A stretch of DNA of 64,000 bases, from the NCBI RefSeq assembly GCF_964213995.1, contig NC_135801.1, forward strand, positions 38,626,001 through 38,690,000, written 5' to 3'. The position numbers were made by a program, and so were the translations under genes. Every line of letters starts with the position of its first letter. The first letter of the stretch is position 1. Shown in pieces: positions 39,230 through 51,307 of the stretch. The notes beneath the pieces were generated by a model. The model was not told where the DNA came from. It saw only the letters and a list, made by a program, of their open reading frames with translations, and did no database searches. Origin of the DNA: Mustelus asterias. Its lineage: Eukaryota.

Positions 39230-39520
39230 CGAGGGCTGGAGAGGAGGGGACCATCAATAGTTGGCGGCGATCCAACTACCTCCAAAAGTCCAACATCCAA
39301 TGCCATAGGAGGCTCTAGGGACACAATGATAGTGATATGCCAGCAATATGCCAGGAGCTTGTCCAGGAATCACCTCCAATTGCATGGGTGGACACCCCAT
39401 TCCAGTGTCTTTGAAGGTCACTTTGGCCCTCAGCTTCCACTCTTCTGGTTCTTTCCATGGGTCAGTGAGAGATCTGTGTGGTGTGTCTCAATCAGCTGTA
39501 CACAGTTGCATCAAATGTTT
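39230..39520 (+). mobile_element. Harbinger transposase fragment
   Basis: GHPIPVSLKVTLALSFHSSGSFHGSVRDLCGVSQSAVHSCIK in ORF 39348..39653. Confidence 0.75.
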
Positions 39521-39544
39521 AATTCATCTCTGGCCATGGGGGAG

Positions 39545-40970
39545 GTGTCAGATAACAGGAGAACAGCTATTTAAGAAGGGATATAGTGATAAACCAGGGA
39601 ACTACAGACCAGTGAGTCTCACAGGTAGGGAAACTATTGGAGAAATGTCTTAAGGAGAGCATCTATCTCCAATTGAAGAGGCAAAGCTTGATCAGGGATA
39701 GTCAGCATGGCTTTGTCAGAGGGAAGTCATGCCTAACAAATTTCATTGAATTCTTTGAGGAGGTGACTAGGTGTATAGATGAGAGCAATGCAATTTATGT
39801 AGTTTATATGGATTTCAGCAAAGCCTTTGGCAAGGTCCCACATGGGAGTCTTGTAAAGAAGGTAAACACACATGGATTACAGGCTAATTTGATAAAAGTC
39901 GATTTAAAATTGGCTCAGTTGTAGGAGATGCCGGCGTTGGACTGGGGTGAACACAGTAAGAAGTCTCACAACACCAGGTTAAAGTCCAACAGGTTTATTT
40001 GGTAGCAAATACCATAAGCTTTCGGAGCACTGCTCCTTCAATAAACCTGTTGGACTTTAACCTGGTGTTGTGAGACTTCTTACTCAGTTGTAGGAGACAG
40101 AGGGTGATGACAGAAGCATGTTTTAGAGACTGGAAGCCAGTGTCCAGTGGAATCCTATTATTCATTATTTATATAAATGACATAGAAGACTATGTGGGGG
40201 GGTTAGGATTAGTAAATTTGTGATGACACAAAGATTGGCTGGGTGGTTAACAGTGTGGTTGAGTGTCTTGGGTTACAAGAAGATATAGATGAAATGGTCA
40301 GATGTGTAGATAAGTTGCAGATGGAATTTAACCCTGAAAAGTGTGAGGTGATACACTTTAGAAGGAGTAATTTGACAAGGAAGTAGTCAATGGACGGCAT
40401 GACACTAGGAAGTTCTGTGGAACAAAGGGACCTTGGCGTGTTTGTCCATAGATCTCTGAAAACAAAAGGGCATGTTGGTAGTGTGGTGAAAAAGGCATAT
40501 GGGACACTTGCCTTTATCAATCGAGGAATAGATTACAAAAGCAGGAAAGGCATGTTGGAGTTGTGTAGAACTTTGGTGAGGCCACAACTAGAGTGCTGTG
40601 TGCAGTTCTGGTCGCCACATTATTGGAAGGATGTGATTGCATTGGAGGTGGTGCAGAGGAGATTCACCAGGATGCTGCCTGGGATGGAACATTCAAGTTA
40701 TGAAGAGAGGTTGGACAGGCTTGGGTTGTTTTCATTGGAACAGAGAAGACTGAGCAAGACAAATCGAGGTGAACAAGATAATGAGAGGCATGGACAGGGT
40801 TGATAGAGAGCAGCTATTCCCCTTAGTTAAAGAGTTAGTCACGAGGCGACATAGGTTCAAGGTAAGGGGCTGGAAGTTTGGGGGAATGTGAGGAAAAACG
40901 TTTTAACCCAAAGGATGGTGATGGTCTGGAATGCAATGCCTGGGAGGAAGGTAGAGGCGAGTTGCCTCTA
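39545..40970 (+). mobile_element. CR1 LINE RT and 3' part
   Basis: PGNYRPVSLT, SQHGF..GKSCLTN, YMDFSKAF, LVRPQLE.CVQFWSP. Confidence 0.9.
39923..40084. mobile_element. Penelope-like inverted-terminal insertion inside a CR1
   Basis: Same family; flanked by duplicated ctcagttgtaggaga. Confidence 0.75.
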
Positions 40971-42259
40971 GGTTTAGAATCATAGAATTCCCTATAGTGC
41001 AGAAGGAGGCCATTTGGCCCATCGAGTCTGCACCGACCACAATCCCACCCAGGCTCTATCCCCGTTACCCCACGTATTTACCCTTCAAATCCCCTGACCT
41101 TGAAGGCAATTTAGCATAGCCAATCCACCTAACATGGGGATTGCATTGTGTTTAAATCTTCTATTTGATAAAAGTTATGCTAATTCTTGCAATTACATTT
41201 TAACTGTTCTTAAATAAACTTTGATTGATAAAAGCTTTCTAGTGGGTCACTTGAATCATACCTTATGCTCATCAATGCCAAAATTAAAGTGCAAAACTTA
41301 GAGTCTAGGCTAACTTCATAAAACACCTTGGAGTTTTTCAACTGGGTTATAACAGTAGCAGCAGTGATTAGCATCTATAAGATACATCACAGCAAGTCAC
41401 CAAGGCTCCTTCGACAATAGCAGCTGATGCATGGAAACACCACCACCTTTAAGTTCTTCTCCAATCATATACCATTCCGAGCTGGAATTATTTTTTTGTT
41501 CCTTCTCTGTCACTGGATCAAAATCCTGGAACTCCTCCCACCCCTAACAGCACCGTGAGATTATCTTCACCACAGGCACTGCAGTATTTCAAAGGGGCAG
41601 CTCACCACCACCTTCTCAAAGCTGATTAGGATTAGGCAATAAATGTTGACCTTGTCAGCAACACCAACATCCCAAGAATGAATTAAAAACAACAATGTTG
41701 TTAATGGTAAGATTTTCAATACAGGAGTTCCAGACCTGTTGAGAGGGCCCTGCATTGCTCACTTGTGTTGGTGACAAATAAGTGATTTTATTTTGTCTTC
41801 ATTTAACTTTTCTAGTTTTCCTTTTGCATAAGCATTAAAAATTTACACAAATACTTGCCCTTTAATCACTTTATCTGTATGTACCTGGTTGATACAAAAA
41901 GGACACACTGTGCTGGAGTTGAGATCCTTGGACTGTATAGCCCTTTCTTCCATATGTCTTAATTTACAATTCTGTTCCCTTCACTCGTGAGTCATGTTCT
42001 ATCTTTAACTGGCTTTCCAGTTGTGCATCAGCACAATTCTGTCACTTTGAAGAATATTGCTGCTTTAAAATGAAATGTTTTTGCAGTGAACCATTCAGCC
42101 CTGGATTAGTGGTGGCGCCTCTGTCTCAAAGTTGGCAGATTGTGGATTTGAACTGCACCCGAGAGATCTAAATGCATTAACTCGGTTGACACTTTAGGGC
42201 AGTACTGCAGCTGTTCTGCCTCAGTGGAGCTGCCTTTTACATAAAAGCTGTGCAAGGTC

Positions 42260-42555
42260 TGTGGTGAACCATCGTTGGTTACCACTGGGGGTTGTTCTTA
42301 TGTTACTGTTGGGTTAGGGTGTTGTCACTGTGGGGGTTGTATAATGTTGTTGGGTTAGGGTGTTTACCTGTGGTAAATGTTATTATGGCACATCCCGGTG
42401 GGGCCCCGCCTCCGGAGGAGAGGTATAAGACCCTCTGCTCCGGCAGGACCCCTCCAGTCTGAACTGGTGTACTCGTGTTAGTTAGTTCCATTGTTTGATA
42501 ATAAAAGCCTTCAATAACTGAAACCTTGTTCCACGTGCTTGATTGTCGCGCATCA
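42260..42555 (+). repeat. Gypsy 5' LTR
   Basis: Direct repeat of 46638-46933; TATAA at 42424-42428; AATAAA at 42500-42505. Confidence 0.97.
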
Positions 42556-42598
42556 ATTTTATTATCAAACAGAAAACTCTCAACAGTAAAAAGGGAGT

Positions 42599-45500
42599 AT
42601 GGAACAGATATTAAAACCAGATCGTCTGGCGTTGGACCCACGTGCGGTCGGTGCCGCTAACACCTTCGACCACTGGTGGAAGTGTTTCGAAGACTACCTG
42701 GCAGCCTCTGTAGCTATTACTACAGACAGCGACAAACTCCAGGTCCTCCACGCAAGGGTAAGCGACACGATTTATCTTGCGATTCGTGCGGCCACCACTT
42801 ACCCGAGGGCCGTCGAGCTCTTGAAGAAATGATACACGAGACCACCCAACGAGATACACGCTCGTTACCTCCTCGCTACACGACGTCGGCAGTCGGGCGA
42901 AACCATGGAGGACTACGCCAATGAGCTCCTGCAGCTTGCCAGGGGTTGCGATTGTAAAGACGTATCAGCCGAACAATATATGTACGACCTCGCCCGAGAC
43001 GCGTTCGTAGCAGGGGTAGGGTCCTCGTACATCCGGCTTAAGTTACTGGAGAAAGGGAACCTCAACTTGACCCAAGCGATGGAGATGGCTGAGATGCTGG
43101 AAGCGGCGTCAAAAAGCTTGGCTCTGTACCCCGAGGACCACGTGGAGACAACGTGGCAAGAGCAAGCTCAAATCTCTCCTCGCCCCGCGGGCTCGCGCTC
43201 CCATATCGATCCGGCGACGGCGGCAGCTCCAGGCGGCCAGCGATGCTATTTTTGCGGTGGGGCCAAGCATCCACGGCAACAGTGTCCTGCAAAAACGGCA
43301 ATCTGCAGCCAGTGTGGTAAAAAGGGCCACTATGCTAAAGTTTGCAGGTCGAAGTCCAAAAACAGCAGTGCAGCTTGTAACCCTCCAGAGCGGAGACAAT
43401 CTCCTTTGGCGTCGCAGTACCCACGAGGTCCGACCACGTGCGAATCCAGGACGGCGCCATCGTGGCTGATGGAGGAGGAGGAAGACCACCAGGAGTCGCT
43501 ACGTTTGGCGCCCTCACCCACGTGCGATTCATGGGGGCGGCCATCATGGTCCACGACGACTAGGAGCGACCAGCAGGGGTCCTCAGCATCAACATCGGCT
43601 GCATGCAGTGACGCCCAGGGGCCAACGGTGGCGTCGATCTCCCTGGACCAGACAAAGCACCACAGGCTTGAGAATTCAATGATGAATATCAAGGTAAATG
43701 GTCGTACTGTGTATTGTCTGTTTGACAGTGGGAGCACCGAGAGTTTCATACACCCTGACACTGCAAAAAGGTGTGGACTCCGGGTTCTACCTGCCAAACA
43801 GACAATTTCCATGGCATCACGGTCCCGGTCTGTACCGATCCAAGGACGGTGTATGGTAACCCTAGAGGTACAGGGCACAATTTACGAGCAATACAGGCTC
43901 CTTGTGTTACCTCACCTTTGTGCGCCAATTCTCCTCGGACTAAATTTTATGGTCCACATGAAGAGTGTGATCCTACAGTACGGTGGGCCACTCCCTTCAC
44001 TGGCAGTAGGGAATCAGCCGCAGCCTCCAAATTGCCCAAAGCGCCCCGCATGCAATCTTTCCACTCTGAAAATCACCACACCTTCTTTATTTAAGAATCT
44101 GGTACCAGGCTGCAAGCCCATCGCTACTAAGAGTAGGCGTTACAGCGCTGAAGACCGGATCTTTATTAGATCTGAGGTTCAGCGGCTCCTCAAGGAAGGG
44201 ATCATACAGGCCAGTGCTAGTCCGTGGAGAGCGCAGGTCGTGGTAGTCAAAAGCGGGAACAAACCTCGGATGGTCATCGACTACAGTCAGACCATTAACC
44301 GTTATACGCAGCTGGATGCGTATCCTCTCCCGCGCATTTCTGATATGCTCAATCAGATTGCGCAGTACCGAGTGTTCTCTACCATAGACCTTAAGTCCGC
44401 CTACCATCAACTCCCCATCCACCCAGAGGACCGACAATATACGGCTTTTGAGGCGGATGGTCGTCTATACCATTTTCTCAGGGTTCCATTTGGTGTCACC
44501 AATGGGGTCTCGGTCTTCCAGCGTGCTATGGACCGAATGGTGGACCAGAACGGGTTGCGGGCTACCTTCCCGTACCTGGATAACGTCACCATCTGCGGCC
44601 ATATCCAGCAGGACCATGACACAAATCTCCAACACTTTCTGCGCACTGCATCTCGCCTGAATCTGACCTATAACAGGGAGAAGTGCGTATTCCGTACGCG
44701 CAGGTTAGCCATCCTTGGATACGTGGTGGAAAAAGGTGTCATTGACCCTGATCCAGACCGTATGCGCCCCCTTACTGAACTTCCCTTGCCCGCTAGCACG
44801 AAAGCACTGAGGAGATGCCTCGGGTTCTTTTCGTATTATGCGCAGTGGGTCCCCAACTACGCGGACAAAGCCCGTCCGCTCATCAAGTCCACGACCTTCC
44901 CACTCACGCCGGAGGCCCAATTGGCCTTCAAGGCTTTGAAAAGCGACATTTCGAAAGCCACGATGCACGCGGTGGATGAATCCATCCCTTTCCAGGTGGA
45001 GAGTGATGCATCTGATTTCGCCCTAGCCGCCACACTAAACCAGGCAGGCAGGCCCGTCGCGTTCTTTTCCCGCACCCTTCAAGGCCCCGAAATTCGGCAC
45101 TCAGCGGTGGAGAAGGAGGCTCAGGCCATTGTGGAGGCAGTCAGACACTGGCGCCATTACCTGGTGGGGAAGCGGTTCACTCTGATCACGGATCAACGAT
45201 CCGTGGCGTTTATGTTCAGTAACACGCAGAGGGGCAAGATCAAGAATGATAAGATCTTGCGGTGGAGAATTGAGCTCTCCACCTATAATTACGATATTAT
45301 GTATCGTCCAGGGAAGCTCAATGAGCCCTCGGATGCCCTCTCGCGCGGAACATGCGCCATCATGCAGGAGGACCGCTTGAAGGCCCTCCACAATGATCTG
45401 TGTCATCCTGGAGTCACCCGACTCTACCACTTCGTCAAAGCCCGCAACCTGCCCTACTCGGTGGAGGATGTCAGGTCAGTGACGAGAAGCTGTCGGATTT

Positions 45501-46573
45501 GCGCGGAATGCAAACCGCACTTTTATCGACCGGACCGGGCACAATTGGTCAAGGCCACTCGCCCTTTCGAGAGGCTGAGTGTGGATTTTAAGGGCCCCCT
45601 TCCCTCAACGGACCGGAACGTCTATTTCCTCAATATAATAGATGAGTACTCCCGGTTCCCGTTTGTTGTCCCCTGTGCGGACACGTCGACTGCCACCGTG
45701 ATTAAGGCATTCAGTGAGCTTTTTACCCTGTTCAGGTACCCCTGCTACATTCATAGCGACAGGGGCTCGTCGTTCATGAGCAACGACTTGAGGCAATTCC
45801 TGCTCTCATTCGGGATTGCCTCTAGTAGAACCACGAGCTACAACCCTAGGGGTAACGGACAGGTGGAAAGGGAGAATGCTACAGTCTGGAAGGCTGTCCT
45901 ACTGGCGCTGAAATCCAGGGGCCTTCCAGTCTCCCGTTGGCAGGAGGTCCTTCCAAATGCGCTCCATTCTATCCGCTCCCTCCTGTGTACGGCAACCAAT
46001 GCTACTCCCCACGAGAGGATGTTCTCATTCCCTCGGAAGTCGTCCTCGGGGATCTCATTACCAGCCTGGTTGACGTACCCAGGACCCGTCCTTCTGCGGC
46101 GACATGTGAGGGCTCGCAGGTCCGACCCCTTGGTCGAACCGGTCCAACTCCTCCACGACAACCCTCAGTATGCCTATGTGGCATATCCTGACGGGCGAGA
46201 GGACACAGTCTCCATTCGAGACCTGGCGCCCGCAGGGGACGTAGCAACTCCTGTCGCTCCCATACCCCCTGTCACGAATCCCCTACTACTTATTTCTTCC
46301 CCAGACGTGGCGCGGTCAGCACCGGGACCAGTGCATAACAGTTATACTCCCATGTACAGCTTGCCTGAGACTCGGAGATCGGCGCCACCACAGAAGGTTC
46401 CAGGACCCCCTGCACCATCGCCTCACCAGGGTCAACCGGCCCGGGAGTCCTTGAGGGGACAGCCGGACGCTGTTTTGGAGAGAACGCCACCGCAAGCACC
46501 TGCTCCGGTTTCGCAACCGGTGTTGAGGAGATCACAGCGACGGTGCGGTCCTCCAGACCGTCTGGACTTGTGA
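42599..46573 (+). CDS. Gypsy gag-pol polyprotein, single frame, one premature TGA at 42830-42832 (1222-aa ORF open from 42905)
   Basis: ORFs 42599..42832 and 42905..46573 share a frame; two CCHC knuckles; protease LFDSGS; RT (PFGVTNG, YLDN); RNase H (ESDAS, EKE, TDQ); integrase HHCC plus DDE (VDFKG, HSDRG, QVERE). Confidence 0.93.
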
Positions 46574-46637
46574 ATTTTGTATATATATGATCTGTTTTTT
46601 GCACCCCGCCGGCCTTTGTTTTTAAAGGAGGGGTGAA

Positions 46638-46933
46638 TGTGGTGAACCATCGTTGGTTACCACTGGGGGTTGTTCTTATGTTACTGTTGGGTTAGGGTGT
46701 TGTCACTGTGGGGGTTGTATAATGTTGTTGGGTTAGGGTGTTTACCTGTGGTAAATGTTATTATGGCACATCCCGGTGGGGCCCCGCCTCCGGAGGAGAG
46801 GTATAAGACCCTCTGCTCCGGCAGGACCCCTCCAGTCTGAACTGGTGTACTCGTGTTAGTTAGTTCCATTGTTTGATAATAAAAGCCTTCAATAACTGAA
46901 GCCTTGTTCCACGTGCTTGATTGTCGCGCATCA
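46638..46933 (+). repeat. Gypsy 3' LTR
   Basis: Direct repeat of 42260-42555; preceded by a polypurine tract. Confidence 0.97.
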
Positions 46934-47339
46934 AGGTCCCATGGCGCTATTTAAAGAACAGTTGGGGAGTTCTCACGTTCTAGTCAATGGTTATCCCACA
47001 ACTAATGCCACATTCTCCCCTTGTCTGCGTGGGTTTCCTCCAGAGAGTGCGGGTCAGGTTGGTTGGCCATGCTAAATTGCCCCTTAGTGTCAGGGGGACA
47101 AGCAGGGTAAATACCTGTGGTTACAGGGATAGGGTTTGGTGGGATTGTTGTTGGTGCAGGCTCGATGGGTCGAATGCCTCCTTCTGTACTGAAGGGATTC
47201 TATGATACAATGATTCTAAAATGGATCTAATTCTGATAGTAGTACAAATGCAAAACGGCACATCAGTAGCTTGCTTTACACCCCAGCTGTTTTACTCTTC
47301 CATTGAAATCAATAGAACTGGGGTAAAACGTACAATATA

Positions 47340-49690
47340 AGAACATAAGAATTTTTTACCGTTTAAATAATAGCCCATTTTGCTGTTATTCCTACCAAAA
47401 TGGATGACCTCACATTTACCAACATTATACTCCATCTGCCAGACCCTTGCCCACTCACTTAGACTATCTATGTCCCTTTGCAGACTTTCAGCGTCCTCTG
47501 CACACTTTGCTCTGCCACTCATCTTGGTGTCATCTGTAAATTTTGACACATTACACTTGGTCCCCAACTTCAAATTATCTGTGTAAATTGTAAACAATTG
47601 CAGTCTCAACGCTGATCCCTGAGGCACACCACTAGTCACTGATCGCCAACCAGAAAAACCCTTCTTTATTTCCTTAGATATCCAACCCATTTACCCCCAC
47701 TATTTGCTCTCTGTTAGTTAACCAATCCTCCATCCATGCTAATACATTACCCGTAACACCGTGCACCTTTATCTTATGCAGCAGCCTTTGGTGCAGCACC
47801 TTGTCAAATGCCTTCTGGAAATCCAGATACACCACATCCACAGGTTCCCCATTGTCCACCGCGCGTGTAATGTTCTCAAAGAATTCCACCAAATTAGTCA
47901 ACATGACTTACCCTTCATGAACCTATGCTGCATCTTACCAATGGGACAATTTATATCCAGATTTCTCGCTATTTCTTCCTTGATGATAGATTCAAGCATT
48001 TTCCCAACTACAGAAGTTAAGTTAATTGGCCTATTGTTACCGATCTTTTGTCTACCTCCTTTTTTAAACAGTGGCGTCACATTTGCTGTTTTCCAATCTG
48101 CAGGACCCACCCCAGAGTCCAGCAAAGTTTGGTAAATTACCACTAGTGCATTTGCTATTTCCCCCCGCCATCTCTTTCAGTACTCTGGGATGCATCCTAT
48201 CCCAGGAGATTTGTCTACCTTTAGCCCCATTAGCTTGTCCAACACTACCTCTTTCATGATAATGATAGTTTCTAGGTTCTCACCTGCCATAGCCTTCTTG
48301 TCATCAGTTTTTGGCATGTTATTTGTGTCTTCCATTGTGAAAACCGACACAAAATACCTGTTCAATGCCTCAGCCATTTTCTCATTTCCAGTTATTACAT
48401 CCCCCTTCTCATCCTCTAAGGGACCAATGTTTATTTTAGCCACTCTTTTTCATTTAATATATTTGTAGAAACCTTTGGTATCTGTTTTTATATTCTGAGT
48501 CAATCTATTCTCATAATCCATCTTATTTTTCTTTATAGCTTTTTTCATGGCTTTCTGTTGACCTTGAAAGATTTCCCAATCCTCTAGTTTCCCACTAATC
48601 TTTGCCACTTTGTATGCATTTTCTTTCAATTTGATTCCCTCCTTTATTTCCTTAGATATCCTTGGCTGATTATCTCTCTTTCTACAGTCCTTCCTTATCA
48701 CTGGTATATACTTTTGCTGAGCACTGTGAAAGATCACTTTGAAAGTTCTCCACTGTTTCTCAATTGTCCCACCATAAAGTTTTTGTTCCCAGTCTATCTT
48801 AGCCAACACCTCCCTCATCCCTTTGTAGTCTCCTTTGTTTAAGACAAGACACTGGTATTGGATTTTACCTTCTCGCGCTTCATCTGTATTTTAAATTCAA
48901 CCATACTGTGATCGCATCTTCCGAGAGGATCACTAACTGTAAGATCATTAATTATTCCCGTCTCATTACACAGGACCAGATCTAGGATAGCTTGTTCCCT
49001 CTTAGGTTCCATTACATACTGTTCAAGGAAACTATCGCGAATACATTCTATGAACTCCTCCTCAAGGCTGCCTTGGCCGACCTGGTTTGACCAATCGACA
49101 TGTAGATTAAAATCCCCCATGATAATTGCTGTATTATTTTTGCATGCATCAGTTATTTCTTTGTTTCGCCCCCCACTGTGATGTTATTATTTCGGGCCAC
49201 AGACTACGCCTATCAGTGATTTTTTCTCCTTACTATTTCTAATTTCCACCCGAATGGATTCAACCTTTTTTTTCCATAGAACCTATATCATCTCTCACTA
49301 CCACCCTGATGTCATCCTTAAATATCAGAGCTACACCGCCTCCCTTACCTTCCTGTCTGTCCTTCCGAACAGTTTGATACCCCTGGATATTTAACTCCCA
49401 GTCGTGACCATCCTGCAACCATGTCTCTGTAATGACCACTAAATCATACTCGTTCGCAATGATTTGTGCCGTCAACTCATTTACCTTGTTTCGAATGCTA
49501 CGAGCATTCAGATAAATTGCCCGTATGCTAGTTTTTGTATCTTCTTTTTGAATCCTAACACCTCCATTAATAACATCTCCTGAGTTCACCTTCCTTTTAA
49601 CTTTTTTCCTGATTTTCGATGCAGTTGAAACCTTCTCCCCACATGCTAACCTGCTGCTTTGCTTTCCATTAATCCTTATCCTTACACTAC
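47340..49690 (-). mobile_element. CR1/HER1 LINE ORF2 (APE endonuclease plus RT), disrupted
   Basis: YLNARSIRNK, ITETW, MGDFN, LDLVL, KSPG, VYLDFQKAFDKV, SGVPQGS, FTDDTK in successive ORFs. Confidence 0.93.
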
Positions 49691-51234
49691 CTCGATTCAG
49701 GATGGGATGATCTGTCAGGGCTGAAATATTATTTAAAAGGTTGTCTGGCAACTGAGGTTTGTGTTTGAATGTGCTGCTCAGACACTCTGCATAGTTTTGT
49801 CGCTAAGTATTTTTCACAGGTCTGTAGCTCCCTGAGACAGCTCCACAGTGACTGGGACCTGAGGGAACACAATAGAAGCACCAACCAGCACCCTCCCTTT
49901 CTTCCACACCTATTTCCCACCCTCTCTATCAGGGCTGTGCCTTTTTGAGCGAGTGTTTCGTGCTGGTTGGCGGTTAACTGGCTCCAGGACTGACCATGGC
50001 TGGCAATGCGCTTCCTGTCCATTTCCGGGCTTGCTGAGTGCACATGCCGGATGGGTGAAAAATTCAGACCCCTATTACAGCAGTAGCTGTGAAACACTTT
50101 GTGATGTCCTGAGATTTGTAAAGGTGTAACGCAAATCCAATTACTTTCTTGGCTGTTAAAATGCTTAACAGAAATGTATAGTGTTTCATTCAAAAAGTTG
50201 AAGCAATTGATACTCTTTTGGAATGGTTATTAAACTTCACTTGCCAGTGGGACCATCTGGTTCTGCCCACCGACAGCGTGTCCCTGCTGTGGGTTTCCTG
50301 CTGGCGAGAGGTGCATTCAACAATAAACCCCGTTGACAATGGTGGGACCAGCAGAACCGGCCAATGGTGGGCCGCCTCCGCTACCGCAAAGCATGCCGCG
50401 GGCGACATGGGAAATTCCACTCAGTGTTATGGTAAATAGAGCAGGGCGTTGGAAATTATTGGATAGCTCTTTCAAAGAGTCTTTCATAAGCACCATGGTG
50501 TAAACATCCTCCTTATTTGTTGATGAATGATTCAATTCTTCCCCGAAATTTGGTATTTAACATAAATATTTAATGATATAAGCAATTCACGCATGCAAAA
50601 AATATAATTTACACAGCTCCACAGTACAAAGTAGTTCTGAAGCAGTTACAAACTGGTTTTCACTCCAATTCTTTGCTGCTCTCTATATATAAAACAATGT
50701 TTATAGTAATAGAAAATACATAAATAGAAAATAACAGCATAAATATTAAAAATAGATAGCAGCATAGAATGGAATTATAACACGGCAAACCTAGCACATT
50801 TAAACCATTAAACTCTGGGGCTAATCCCCCATTCTCTGTTGAAAGTGAGGATTTTGTATTGCCACCATTAGAATTAATACAGGAAATTGATAAAAAGCCA
50901 ATGAGGTTTCAGGACCTAAGAAACTAATGCGTATCAGAACATAACATGGCAGCAACGAGTGAAATGTGATATTCTCATTGGATAATACAATCTAAGGTAC
51001 TTCATTAAACAATCACGAATATAGGACCAGCCTTCATTCTATCACTCAGCTTCCGCCAATTATGTTTCCATGGATACTTCAAATATAATATAAATACACT
51101 TCAAAGTGTGGCAAACGATTTTGATGCTCACATGAAAATATTTTAAAATGAATGAAGAGATCTAAACATGGCAGTACTTTGTGAACGATTCATGGGTTGC
51201 AGAAAGGCACACAAAGCCTGGATAGACTTTTGTC

Positions 51235-51307
51235 TCAAGAGTGCCCCAGCCCCTTGAATATTCCGACTTTGACCTTCTCTTCACTGAATTTTAATTTTTT
51301 CTGGCGG
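51235..51307 (-). CDS. CXCL8: CXCL8-like probable exon 4
   Basis: Strong acceptor ttcttctttgaattctctgcag|; phase-2 compatible; basic tail RQKKLKF...GHS*; followed by AT-rich unique sequence. Confidence 0.68.

Larger units (their letters stand above)
42260..46933 (+). mobile_element. Full-length young Ty3/Gypsy LTR retrotransposon
   Basis: TG...CA LTRs at 42260-42555 and 46638-46933 (296 bp, one mismatch); 5-bp TSD AGGTC (42255-42259, 46934-46938); PPT AAAGGAGGGGTGAA before the 3' LTR; gag-PR-RT-RH-IN order. Confidence 0.98.

Noticed and set aside
43062-46650. Many antisense ORFs inside the Gypsy
   Set aside because: Expected shadows of a GC-rich coding frame; no motifs.
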